NCBI GenBank assembly: GCA_044221725.1
Contig: JBGAON010000001.1
Coordinates: 288,001-352,000 of the forward strand
From: Elusimicrobiota bacterium
GTDB taxonomy: Bacteria; Elusimicrobiota; Elusimicrobia; F11
DNA: 64,000 nucleotides
Direction of reading: 5' to 3'
Of this stretch, positions 10,287 to 19,411 are shown in pieces; the first letter of the stretch is position 1, and each line of letters starts with the position of its first letter. The translations under genes were made by a program, and so were the position numbers. The notes beneath the pieces were generated by a model. That model saw only the letters and a program-made list of their open reading frames with translations. It was not told the origin of the DNA and ran no database searches.

Positions 10287-10568
10287 ATGCCCGCGAAAGT
10301 ACGGATTCCAGCACCACTTCGAAAGCTTACGAACGACCAAGCGGTCGTCGAAGTGCAAGGCAAAAATATTCAGGAATTGCTCGCCAGCCTCGACAAGAAT
10401 TATCCGGGGCTAAAAGACCGAATTTGCGACGAATCGGGTCAGATTCGTCGGTTCGTCAACATCTTCGTTAATGGAGAAGATATCCGCTTCAAAGATGGCC
10501 CGAACACCAGCGTTGCCGAAGGTGCTGAAGTGTCGATCATTCCAGCCATTGCTGGCGGCTCGTTTTAA
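10287..10568 (+). CDS. MoaD/ThiS/CysO-family ubiquitin-like sulfur carrier
   Basis: VRIPAPLRKLT, RRFVNIFVNGEDIRF, C-terminal IIPAIAGG-SF. Confidence 0.92.
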   Translation: MPAKVRIPAPLRKLTNDQAVVEVQGKNIQELLASLDKNYPGLKDRICDESGQIRRFVNIFVNGEDIRFKDGPNTSVAEGAEVSIIPAIAGGSF

Positions 10569-10625
10569 ACAATCCCGTAGCATTCGCCTCTTGAAATCAA
10601 GCTGTTTTCGAGGCAAACTAGTGTC

Positions 10626-10865
10626 ATGAAGCAAGCGTTGAGTCTCACGTTTCCGTCGAATTTGATCAGAGAACCGATCATTCATCAGATGTCGAAAAAA
10701 TTTGATGTCGTGTTTAATCTCCGTCGTGCAAAGATCACGGAGAAGATTGGCGAAATCGTTTTGGAGTTGGAAGGACAAGAAGAAGCCCTGCGAAAAGCTG
10801 AAAAGTGGCTGAACGATCAAGGGCTCAAAGTCGAACCGATAACAAAGGATACGCTGGAAAGCTGA
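10626..10865 (+). CDS. Stand-alone NIL-domain protein
   Basis: LTFP..LIREPII.....F.V.FNLRRA.I....GE.VLELEG matches NIL domain. Confidence 0.85.
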   Translation: MKQALSLTFPSNLIREPIIHQMSKKFDVVFNLRRAKITEKIGEIVLELEGQEEALRKAEKWLNDQGLKVEPITKDTLES

Positions 10866-10870
10866 CGAAT

Positions 10871-11473
10871 ATGACCAGTGATGTGCTCGTCCTAAATAGA
10901 AGTTTCTTTGCTGTTCAGGTCATTGACTGGCGGCGCGCTCTTAGTTTGGTTTACCTCGATCATGCGCGTGTGGTGGACGAAGATTACCGAACCTACTCGT
11001 TCGAAGATTGGCGCGAGCTGTCGTCCGAAATAACAACCAACCCTTCCGGATTTGTTCACACGCCTTCTTTCAAAATTGCCATTCCCGATGTAATAACGCT
11101 GCGCTACTTCGACGGACTTCCAAAATCCGAAGTAAAGTTTACGCGCCGCAACATTTACGAGCATTACAACTACAAGTGCGCGTACTGCGGAATCAAATTT
11201 ACGTCGAACGAGCTTAATTTGGAACACGTCATTCCGCGCAGTCGTGGCGGAAAGACCGATTGGTCCAACGTCGTCACCTCGTGCATTCCATGCAACCTCA
11301 GAAAAGGCAGTCGTTTGCCCAGCGAAGCGAACATGAAGCTGTTGGTCAAGCCCACGAAACCGAAATGGAGCGGTACGGCCGCGATCGCGTTTCGCCCGGG
11401 TTTCAAAGTTCGTGCCTCGTGGCAACGGTTTGTTGATAATATCTACTGGAATACCGAACTCGATCCTCAATAA
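10871..11473 (+). CDS. HNH endonuclease (McrA-like family)
   Basis: VLVLN, FTRRNIY, CAYCG, NLEHVIPRSRGG..W.NVVTSC..CN..KG. Confidence 0.9.
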   Translation: MTSDVLVLNRSFFAVQVIDWRRALSLVYLDHARVVDEDYRTYSFEDWRELSSEITTNPSGFVHTPSFKIAIPDVITLRYFDGLPKSEVKFTRRNIYEHYNYKCAYCGIKFTSNELNLEHVIPRSRGGKTDWSNVVTSCIPCNLRKGSRLPSEANMKLLVKPTKPKWSGTAAIAFRPGFKVRASWQRFVDNIYWNTELDPQ

Positions 11474-11487
11474 CGAGGTGTTTTTCG

Positions 11488-12831
11488 ATGCGTAGATGTT
11501 TTATCTCCATACTTGTTTTGTCCATTTGTTGGTCCTCTGTTTTCGCTGCAGGTCGAAGACCGCCACCATCCAACCTTGATTCCATTCCGGTGCAATTTAG
11601 TTACCTTCCGCAGGTTCAGAAGATGGCGGATCGCTACCGGCTCACCATTCAAACGCCCGAATCGCTGCCGCATTACTTGATTGAGAAAACTCCTAGAAAA
11701 ATTTGGTTGCGGCTTGTTCGTCCATCAACCGATGAATCGCAAATTCTCGAGGGTGACTCTGTGATTCGCGAAGTAAGGCTTGTGCAAAAGCAATATTCGG
11801 CTGACATGATCATGAAACTGGGGGAAGATGCTGTTGCGAATGACGTGTACTTCGATGAAGGCAAAAAGAAAATTGTCGTCGATGTTTTCACCTCTAACCG
11901 TATAAAAAACGATGTTGCGCAGAAGCCTGCCGTTGCGCAAACGGAAACGCCAGTTTTAAAGACGAAGAAAGTTGCGCATGCGAAACATAAAACTGAAAAG
12001 AAAATTGTAGCTGCTCCGGCCCCGGTTATTGTCCCGGCACCGGCCGCCGCTTCGGCTCCCGCCATCGTTGCCGCTCCGGTCGTTTCGGCCAGCGCGACGC
12101 GTACGGAGCCGAAAATTACACGACGCCCCAGCGAAACGGTTGTGGTGATTGACGCGGGGCATGGCGGAATGGATTGCGGTGCCATCGGAACGCGCGGTAC
12201 GCTTGAGAAAGATATTAATCTCGATTTTGCTCGTCAGCTCGCGAAAATGATGACGAAGGAAAAGAATGTGCGGGTCGTCATGACGCGCGACAACGATGAA
12301 TTTGTTGCGTTGCAGGACCGCACGCGTATTGCGAACGACGCCGAGGCCGATTTGTTTGTGTCAATTCATTGCAACGCGTCGCTGTCTCCGAAAAACACCG
12401 GTTTCGAAACTTATTTTCTCTCGCCGGACGCGACCGACAAGGCGGCGGCCTCCGTCGCGCGGCTGGAAAACTCGGTTGTGTCGCTTGAGGCGCACAAAGG
12501 CGCTCCATCGTCGCGGCTGAGCGAATTGTTGGCATCGATGGCGATTGGCAACTTTATCAACGAGTCGTCGAAATTCGCATCGATCGTGTGCCGCACTATT
12601 CACAGTCACACATCTGTCGATAAAGCGGAAGTAAAGGAAGCTGATTTTTTTGTGTTGCGTGGCGCCCAAATGCCCGCTGTTTTGATCGAACTCGAGTATT
12701 TATCGAATCCTATTTCGGAACTGAAGTTACGCTCTTCACGCTACCGTTCGCAGCTCGTGAAAGGTGTTGTTGAAGGAATTAAAGCTTACAACCACCAGGC
12801 CCGGCAAGAACGGGAAGCCTCTCTCCACTAA
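11488..12831 (+). CDS. N-acetylmuramoyl-L-alanine amidase (Amidase_3)
   Basis: Signal peptide, Ala/Pro linker, VVIDAGHGG, EKDINL, FVSIHCNAS, PAVLIE. Confidence 0.92.
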   Translation: MRRCFISILVLSICWSSVFAAGRRPPPSNLDSIPVQFSYLPQVQKMADRYRLTIQTPESLPHYLIEKTPRKIWLRLVRPSTDESQILEGDSVIREVRLVQKQYSADMIMKLGEDAVANDVYFDEGKKKIVVDVFTSNRIKNDVAQKPAVAQTETPVLKTKKVAHAKHKTEKKIVAAPAPVIVPAPAAASAPAIVAAPVVSASATRTEPKITRRPSETVVVIDAGHGGMDCGAIGTRGTLEKDINLDFARQLAKMMTKEKNVRVVMTRDNDEFVALQDRTRIANDAEADLFVSIHCNASLSPKNTGFETYFLSPDATDKAAASVARLENSVVSLEAHKGAPSSRLSELLASMAIGNFINESSKFASIVCRTIHSHTSVDKAEVKEADFFVLRGAQMPAVLIELEYLSNPISELKLRSSRYRSQLVKGVVEGIKAYNHQARQEREASLH

Positions 12832-12842
12832 ATCTTTTTGTT

Positions 12843-13655
12843 GTGAAAACCGATCCGAAACTTCCAATAGGAGTCTTTGATTCCGGCCTTGGCGGACTCA
12901 CCGTTGTCCGCGAATTGTCCAAGCGTCTCCCGCACGAGGATTTAATTTATGTGGGCGACACGGCACGCGTTCCGTACGGAACCAAGTCGGCGGAGACGAT
13001 TCGTCGTTATTCGCTCCAAATTTCATTTTTCCTTCTGCAGCGTCACGTGAAGATGATTGTGGTGGCCTGCAACACGTCGAGCGCTTTGGCGCTGCGTTCG
13101 CTCCAGAATTTGCCGATTCCGGTTGTCGGCGTGATCGACCCGGGCGCGCGAGCGGCCGTGAGCACAACCAACTCGTTTCGGGTTGGCGTCATTGGAACGC
13201 CGGCGACGGTTTCGAGTCACGCGTATCGGAGCGCGATTCAAAAGTATGCACCGAGAACGAAAGTATGGGAGGCCGCTTGTCCTCTGTTTGTTCCGCTCGT
13301 CGAAGAGGGATGGTTGCGCGACGATGTCACCACACAAGTTGCGAAAACGTATTTAAAACCGGTGCTCAAAAACAATATCGACACGCTTGTGCTCGGCTGC
13401 ACGCATTACCCGCTTCTCAAAGATACGTTGCAGTCCGTCGCGGGGCACCACGTGAGATTAATTGACTCGGCCGAAGAAACAGCGAAAGAAGTGGACGAAC
13501 GGCTCACGAAGCTGGGCCAGAAAAATACGTCCGCAAAAAAGGGACGCGGCACTTTTTATGTAACCGATAACACCGCTTCGTTTTCTCGGCTCAGCAGTCA
13601 ATTTCTCGGGAGCGGCACCGCCCCCGCCAAACGATTACGCCTGGAAAGTGTTTAG
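12843..13655 (+). CDS. murI: Glutamate racemase
   Basis: IGVFDSGLGGLTV, PYGTKS, VACNT, LGCTHYP. Confidence 0.97.
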   Translation: MKTDPKLPIGVFDSGLGGLTVVRELSKRLPHEDLIYVGDTARVPYGTKSAETIRRYSLQISFFLLQRHVKMIVVACNTSSALALRSLQNLPIPVVGVIDPGARAAVSTTNSFRVGVIGTPATVSSHAYRSAIQKYAPRTKVWEAACPLFVPLVEEGWLRDDVTTQVAKTYLKPVLKNNIDTLVLGCTHYPLLKDTLQSVAGHHVRLIDSAEETAKEVDERLTKLGQKNTSAKKGRGTFYVTDNTASFSRLSSQFLGSGTAPAKRLRLESV

Positions 13656-13657
13656 CG

Positions 13658-14323
13658 ATGAAAGCTGTTGTGTTGCTGTCGGGCGGGCTCGATTCCACGG
13701 TCGGTTTGTGGTGGGCGCTTAAAAAAGGATTCCGCTGCCGCGCCATTTCGTTCGATTATGGGCAACGGCACCGTCGCGAATTAAATAACGCTCGGCTGGT
13801 TGCAAAGCGCGCGCGGGTACGATTGGATGTTATCCGGTTTCGGCTGCCATGGAGCGGGTCGAGTCTCACGGACGCGAGCGCGGTTCTGCCGCATCGTCGC
13901 GCTGAGAAAATTCCGAAAGAAATTCCTTCCACGTATGTTCCGGGTCGCAATACGCTCTTTTTAAGTTTTGCGATGTCGCTCGCCGATCAGATCGATGCCG
14001 AAGCGATTGTGATTGGTGCAAACGCCATCGATTATTCCGGTTATCCCGATTGCCGCGAGCCGTACTTGAAAGCGTTTGAAAAGGTAGCGACATTGGGAAG
14101 CCGTCTTGGTGCAGAGAAACGCCGTCGCATTGCCATCCATGCGCCGCTTATTCATCTCACGAAGGCGGAAATTGTTCGGCTCGGAAAAAAATTGAACGCG
14201 CCGCTCGAACTGACGTGGTCGTGTTACGCGGGCGGTCGCCGCCCCTGCGGAAAATGTGATTCGTGCGTGCTCCGCGCCAAAGGTTTTCTTGAAGCGGGTT
14301 TCGTCGATGCGGCGCTCAAATGA
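13658..14323 (+). CDS. queC: 7-cyano-7-deazaguanine synthase
   Basis: SGGLDST, FDYGQRH, TYVPGRN, YPDCR, TWSCY...CGKCDSC. Confidence 0.96.
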   Translation: MKAVVLLSGGLDSTVGLWWALKKGFRCRAISFDYGQRHRRELNNARLVAKRARVRLDVIRFRLPWSGSSLTDASAVLPHRRAEKIPKEIPSTYVPGRNTLFLSFAMSLADQIDAEAIVIGANAIDYSGYPDCREPYLKAFEKVATLGSRLGAEKRRRIAIHAPLIHLTKAEIVRLGKKLNAPLELTWSCYAGGRRPCGKCDSCVLRAKGFLEAGFVDAALK

Positions 14324-15024
14324 CAACGCGGCCCGCGGCTTTTATCAGTGAGATTTACGCAAGCGTTCAAGGCGAAGGTCCGTTCACTGGGGAGCGTCAA
14401 ATTTTTGTGCGATTTGCCGGTTGTCCGTTGCGATGCCGCTATTGCGATACGCTCGACAGTTTAACGATCAAGGGCCACGGTCGTATGCCTCTCGAACACG
14501 TTTTCGCAAAGATTGTGAGTTTGCGCCGGATTTCGAAAGCGGCCACTGTTAGCGTAACCGGCGGCGAACCATTGGTGCAGCCATTTTTTGTGAGGGATCT
14601 CTTCCGGAAATTAAAAAAGGCGGGCTTCAAAACGTATTTGGAGACGGCCGGTGTGCATCCGGATGCTTTGCGCCGTGTCGTTCGGGACGTGGACGTGATT
14701 GCGATGGATATTAAATTGCCGAGTTCGACTGGAAAATCATTTTGGGACGAACATCGGGAGTTCTTAAAGCTCGGCGGCAGAAAAATTTTCGTGAAGGTCG
14801 TGATTGAGAGCCGGTCGCGTTTGTCGGAACTCGAGAAAGCAATCGATCTCCTTGCCAAAAATTCAAAGAAGTCGTTGCTCGTTCTGCAACCGGTGACGCC
14901 GATCAAAGGGCAAGTTGAAGGCGCGAATCCGGACATCATCGCCGAAGCGTACGCGCTCGCGTCGCGAAAGTTACCTCGCGTGCTCGTATTGCCGCAGCAG
15001 CATAAGCTGTGGGGCGTGCGTTGA
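14320..15024 (+). CDS. queE: 7-carboxy-7-deazaguanine synthase (radical SAM)
   Basis: EIYASVQGEG, FVRFAGCPLRCRYCDT, TGGEPL, PQQHK. Confidence 0.9.
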   Translation: MTTRPAAFISEIYASVQGEGPFTGERQIFVRFAGCPLRCRYCDTLDSLTIKGHGRMPLEHVFAKIVSLRRISKAATVSVTGGEPLVQPFFVRDLFRKLKKAGFKTYLETAGVHPDALRRVVRDVDVIAMDIKLPSSTGKSFWDEHREFLKLGGRKIFVKVVIESRSRLSELEKAIDLLAKNSKKSLLVLQPVTPIKGQVEGANPDIIAEAYALASRKLPRVLVLPQQHKLWGVR

Positions 15025-15818
15025 GCAAGCCCACGTTCTGTTTGCTCACGGATTTCGGACTCACCGATCATTATGTCGGTGTCATGAAAGGCGCGATTTT
15101 GTCTTTGCTGCCCGACGCACAGATCGTGGATCTCACTCATAACGTTCTCGCTCAAAATATCCGGGTGGGAGCGTTTGAACTTTTGGCCGGATACAAATTT
15201 CAGCCGAAGGGAACCTGTTTTGTGTGCGTGGTGGACCCTGGCGTTGGTACCGATCGTTCGATTCTGTACGCGGAAGCCGGAGATTGGAAGTTTATCGCTC
15301 CCGACAACGGGCTTCTTTCGTGGGTTTTTAATGAGACCAAACCGGCAGAGCTTTTGAAGATTGACGTATCGAAATTCGGCGACAGTATTAGTGCCACCTT
15401 TCATGGCCGCGATGTAATGGCGCCGCTCGCAGCGCGAATTTTAAAAGGGGAAAGCCCTCGTAATTTTGGAAAGCCGGCATCTTCTTTTAAAAAGATTCCG
15501 TTTCCATCGGTCAGGAAAAGTGGCGCGCAGTGGCTCGGGGAAGTATTGGTCGTCGATGCGTTTGGAAATGTGGTGACGAATTTTCGAGCATCCGAAGTTC
15601 GCCCGCTCGCGAAAGCGTCGACGATGTGGATAAAATTCGAAGTGGCAAAGGCCACGGTTCGAGGATTGTCGCGGACGTACAGCGATGGTGAGGGCGGAAA
15701 ACTTATGGCGCTCGAAGGTTCAAGTGGATTTATTGAGATTGCCATCAATCAAGGCAATGCCTCGGAAAAAACAAAGCTCGTGGCGGGTGATAAAGTGACC
15801 ATCCACTTTCGTCCCTAA
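15021..15818 (+). CDS. SAM hydroxide adenosyltransferase (DUF62)
   Basis: LLTDFG..DHYVG.MKG, VVDPGVGTDR, PDNGLL, TFHGRD, D.FGN. Confidence 0.92.
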   Translation: MSKPTFCLLTDFGLTDHYVGVMKGAILSLLPDAQIVDLTHNVLAQNIRVGAFELLAGYKFQPKGTCFVCVVDPGVGTDRSILYAEAGDWKFIAPDNGLLSWVFNETKPAELLKIDVSKFGDSISATFHGRDVMAPLAARILKGESPRNFGKPASSFKKIPFPSVRKSGAQWLGEVLVVDAFGNVVTNFRASEVRPLAKASTMWIKFEVAKATVRGLSRTYSDGEGGKLMALEGSSGFIEIAINQGNASEKTKLVAGDKVTIHFRP

Positions 15819-17461
15819 TGGGTCACTCGCAACGCGTTTGGGCGACGCGCCTTTTAATTTTTCTCGTCCCTCTGCTTTTAGCGGCGCCTTTTCTTGATCG
15901 CGCTTATTTTGTGGATGATAGTTACTTTGTCGAAATTGCGACGTGGCTTGAGACTCATCCGCAGCTTCCTTATCACTTCCGCGCCGACGACGCGGGCCTT
16001 CAGAACCGCGGGTGGGAAGAAAATGGTTTTGTGCGCATGGTGAATCCGCTCGTTCATCATTATTATCTGGCGTTCATCATGAAGCTGGGCGGCGCAAACG
16101 AACGGGCCCTGCGTTTCGGATGCGTGTTGCTCGGCTGTTTCTCGGCGCTTTTTATTTTTGGGCTCGCCCGACGTCTGACGGAAAACCCCCTTCTCGCCAC
16201 GTTGCTGACGCTCGTCACGCCCGCCATGTGGCTCACGTCCTACAGTTTGCTGATTGACTCCACCATGGTCTTCTTTGCGTTTGGTGCACTGTATTTCTTT
16301 GTTCGCGCCACCGAATCCCTAGTCCCAAAAGCAATTTTTCATTTGCTGGCCAGCGGCGTGTTTTGTGGCCTCGCGATCCTTTCCAAATACCCGGCAATTT
16401 TTGTGGTGCCTCTCATGCTGGTGTGGCTTCTGTTGCGCCGAAAAAAATTGCCTCAACCTTGGTTGCACGTGCTGCCAATCGTTCTCGGAATTCTATTTTT
16501 GCTTCTTTATAGCGTGTGGACAGCGCGCTTGTACGGACGGCCGCATATCTTAGCGGCCTCGGCTCGCATGGTGCATGTGTTTGGATGGGCTAAGTTTTTT
16601 ATTTTCTTTGTTTTTCTTTCGGGTGCGCTCTTGGTTCCGCTTTTTTCATGGATTGTTGCACCGTTTCGTACGCGTGTGCTCATGATCACGATGATCGTGC
16701 TGGCAACATTTCTTCTTGCGAGTCGGTGGGGCGGTTTTTCGGTGCTCCAGGGGTTTCTGCTCGGACTTTGGCTGGTCACGAGTTTTCTTTTTGTCGGAAT
16801 GTTTGCCGACCTTTATAAACGCTGGGTTTACCCACGCGATCATTTTTTGGCGGTGTGGCTTGTCGGTTTTATCGCGATGATGTTGCTGATTATGGATTGG
16901 GTGGCCGCGCGATACTATTGTCTGGTTGCTCCGGCGGTCGTGTTCGTGGTTGTTCGTACGCTTGAAATTCATTTCCGGGAGCGAGCCATCGCGTTGTTGC
17001 GCCTGCTCATCGGCTTCGTCTGTGTTGCATCGGCGGCCTTGGCGTACGCCGATTACAAGCAGGCGGCGCCATCACGCGCGCTCGTGAGCGAACTCCAGCA
17101 GAAAGGTTTCTCCGGTGGGCCGCGGCATTTCTTTTTGGGCGATTCGTTTACGATGAGTTATTTGAAACAACAAGGGTGGGTTCCGTGTTTTCCCGAAACG
17201 GAATTCCAGATAGGCGACTGGATTCTTTCAAAGGATGTTACGATGCCGCTCGTCTGGTTTGCGCGCAAACCGGTTGGCCTGCGAGAAATTGCTCGCTTTG
17301 AATATCCCTCTCGATTTCCGGTGAGGGTCATGGATTACACTGGTTCGGCGGGTTTTTACGCTTCGGTCTGGGGCGCATTGCCATTCACGTTCACGTCAGG
17401 CCCGTTGGAACGGTTTCATATTTATGAAGTGGTAGAGTTGAGATCCAATGTCCCTTCATAA
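15818..17461 (+). CDS. GT-C fold (PMT_2/ArnT-like) membrane glycosyltransferase, paralog 1
   Basis: Many TM helices; DD motif in first loop (YFVDD); GLAILSKY. Confidence 0.75.
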   Translation: MGHSQRVWATRLLIFLVPLLLAAPFLDRAYFVDDSYFVEIATWLETHPQLPYHFRADDAGLQNRGWEENGFVRMVNPLVHHYYLAFIMKLGGANERALRFGCVLLGCFSALFIFGLARRLTENPLLATLLTLVTPAMWLTSYSLLIDSTMVFFAFGALYFFVRATESLVPKAIFHLLASGVFCGLAILSKYPAIFVVPLMLVWLLLRRKKLPQPWLHVLPIVLGILFLLLYSVWTARLYGRPHILAASARMVHVFGWAKFFIFFVFLSGALLVPLFSWIVAPFRTRVLMITMIVLATFLLASRWGGFSVLQGFLLGLWLVTSFLFVGMFADLYKRWVYPRDHFLAVWLVGFIAMMLLIMDWVAARYYCLVAPAVVFVVVRTLEIHFRERAIALLRLLIGFVCVASAALAYADYKQAAPSRALVSELQQKGFSGGPRHFFLGDSFTMSYLKQQGWVPCFPETEFQIGDWILSKDVTMPLVWFARKPVGLREIARFEYPSRFPVRVMDYTGSAGFYASVWGALPFTFTSGPLERFHIYEVVELRSNVPS

Positions 17462-19055
17462 ACAACGATTGCTCCTTTTTTTCGTCCCAATCATTCTCGC
17501 TCTCCCATTTTTGAATCGCGCTTATTTTGTGGACGATCACTTCTTTGTTCAGATTGCGCGGTGGATCAAAGACAACCCAACGCGGCCATACGATTTTCCG
17601 GACGAAAACTCGGCCACGGATTTTTCACTATCGAAACCAGACCTTTCGATGCGCATCGTTAATCCGCTGTTGCACCATTATTATATGGCCGCCATCATGA
17701 AGGTCGGCGGAGAGCGCGAATGGCTTTTGCGGCTTGGTTGCCTGTTGCTCAGTTGTTGTTCGGCGCTTGTTTTATTTGCGTTGGCTCGCCGGTGGGTTCA
17801 GCATGCGTTCTTGGCGACGCTGCTGATCCTGGTCACGCCGGTGCATTGGCTAACCTCGTACAGTTTGCTCATTGACCCAACGATGGCACTATTTTTCTTG
17901 ATGGCGCTTTACACGTTTGTACGAGCCAGCGAAAGCAATGCGCTTCTATGGCTTGTGGCAAGTGGTCTGTTTACGGGATTGGCGGCAGTCTCGAAGTATA
18001 CGGCGGTTCTTGTGCTGCCGGTGACGTGGGTTTGGCTTGGACTTCACTGGCGCGGTATTCAGCGGAAATTTCTGTTCGCTATTCCCACGCTTATTGGTGT
18101 GGGTATATTGGCGCTGTATGTCCATGCGACAAAAAATCTTTACGGCGTCGGCCATTTGTTTGGAGCGTCGCACGAAACGCTTCATGGCGTGACGGTTGGA
18201 AAGCTGCTCGTGTTAGCAGTGTTCTTGTCGGGTTCGACAATTGTGCCGCTGTTGGTATGGGCCAGTGTGGAGAAGCCTGTCGCGTCGTTTGCGGCGTTGC
18301 TTGTGCTCGCGGTGGTCGGATTTTTCGCGAGTTCGTTGGGCGGCTTTCATCACATTCAGGCCGTTCTTATGGGTATATGGACCGTTACCAGCGGTCTGCT
18401 CATAGTTTCCTTCGTGCGAAATGTTTTGCCTCAAAAGAAACCGACGGACCTTTTCTTGTTTCTTTGGCTGTTGGGGTTTCTTGTGATGATGAGCGTCGTC
18501 ATGCAATGGGTGGCCGCGCGCTATCTCATGATTGGTTTGCCGCCATTGGTTTTTTGTGTTGTGCGGTTGATTGAGACGACCCGCGCCTCCCGCGTGCGCG
18601 AATTTTTGATGGGCGGCATCGCGTTCACCGCTATCGTCGCGTTGAGCTTGGCGATCGCTGATGATCGTCAGGCGGAAACCGCGCGATCGATTGTGAAAGA
18701 GCTCCGCGCGCAAAACCTGTTAGAGAACCCGCGGAATCACTACTTCGCCGAAGCGTACACGATGACGTATCTCGCAAAAGAAGGTTGGAAACCCGTGAGC
18801 AACGTCCATCAATTGCGCCCGGGGGACCGGATCCTTACCACCGAAGTTAGTTTGCCGCTCTTCTGGTTTTTTCGGGAGCGTGTTCCCATGCGGCTCATCG
18901 GGACCGTCCAGATGCCGTCGCGTTTCCCGGTTCGCGTAATGGATTCTCAATCGGCGGCCGGTTTCTATGCATCGGCCTGGGGACCCTTACCGTTCAGCTT
19001 TTCAAAAGGTCCTTGGGAGCAATTTGATTTGTTTGAGATAATCCCGGCACCATGA
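17448..19055 (+). CDS. GT-C fold (PMT_2/ArnT-like) membrane glycosyltransferase, paralog 2
   Basis: Colinear with the previous gene: RAYFVDD, WLTSYSLLID, WVAARY, AGFYAS.WG.LPF. Confidence 0.75.
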   Translation: MSLHKQRLLLFFVPIILALPFLNRAYFVDDHFFVQIARWIKDNPTRPYDFPDENSATDFSLSKPDLSMRIVNPLLHHYYMAAIMKVGGEREWLLRLGCLLLSCCSALVLFALARRWVQHAFLATLLILVTPVHWLTSYSLLIDPTMALFFLMALYTFVRASESNALLWLVASGLFTGLAAVSKYTAVLVLPVTWVWLGLHWRGIQRKFLFAIPTLIGVGILALYVHATKNLYGVGHLFGASHETLHGVTVGKLLVLAVFLSGSTIVPLLVWASVEKPVASFAALLVLAVVGFFASSLGGFHHIQAVLMGIWTVTSGLLIVSFVRNVLPQKKPTDLFLFLWLLGFLVMMSVVMQWVAARYLMIGLPPLVFCVVRLIETTRASRVREFLMGGIAFTAIVALSLAIADDRQAETARSIVKELRAQNLLENPRNHYFAEAYTMTYLAKEGWKPVSNVHQLRPGDRILTTEVSLPLFWFFRERVPMRLIGTVQMPSRFPVRVMDSQSAAGFYASAWGPLPFSFSKGPWEQFDLFEIIPAP

Positions 19056-19411
19056 TAGCGCTCACCTTTCTCTTCTATTGGGTCCCCGTCGTCCTTTGGG
19101 CGGGTTTGATTTTTTACCTCTCGAGTATTCCCAGTTTGAATTCCGGATTGGGCGTTTGGGATTTCGTTCTTCGCAAATGCGCGCACGTCTTTGAATACGC
19201 GGTGCTTTCCTTTCTTTTGGCCCGCGCCCTGGGACGCAGCTTCGGGATAACACGAAAAGTCCTCGCGTGGACGGCGATGCTCGCGCTTTTGTACGCAGCG
19301 TCTGACGAATATCATCAGACGTTTGTTCCGGGTCGCGGTCCTTCGGTTCATGATGTGGTGATCGATTCAATCGGAATCGCGCTCGCCGTGTGGATAAAAT
19401 CGCGCGCATGA
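19052..19411 (+). CDS. VanZ-family membrane protein
   Basis: RKCAHVFEYAVL, YAASDEYHQTFVPGR..S..DV..D. Confidence 0.9.
   Translation: MIALTFLFYWVPVVLWAGLIFYLSSIPSLNSGLGVWDFVLRKCAHVFEYAVLSFLLARALGRSFGITRKVLAWTAMLALLYAASDEYHQTFVPGRGPSVHDVVIDSIGIALAVWIKSRA

Noticed and set aside
13658..15024. 7-deazaguanine DNA modification (dpd) defence system
   Set aside because: queC/queE sit in a housekeeping operon with no dpdA/tgt paralog; ordinary queuosine synthesis is the simpler reading
15021..15818. Fluorinase/chlorinase
   Set aside because: Retains the Asp-Arg-His residues of DUF62 SAM hydrolases (VVDPGVGTDR, TFHGRD)
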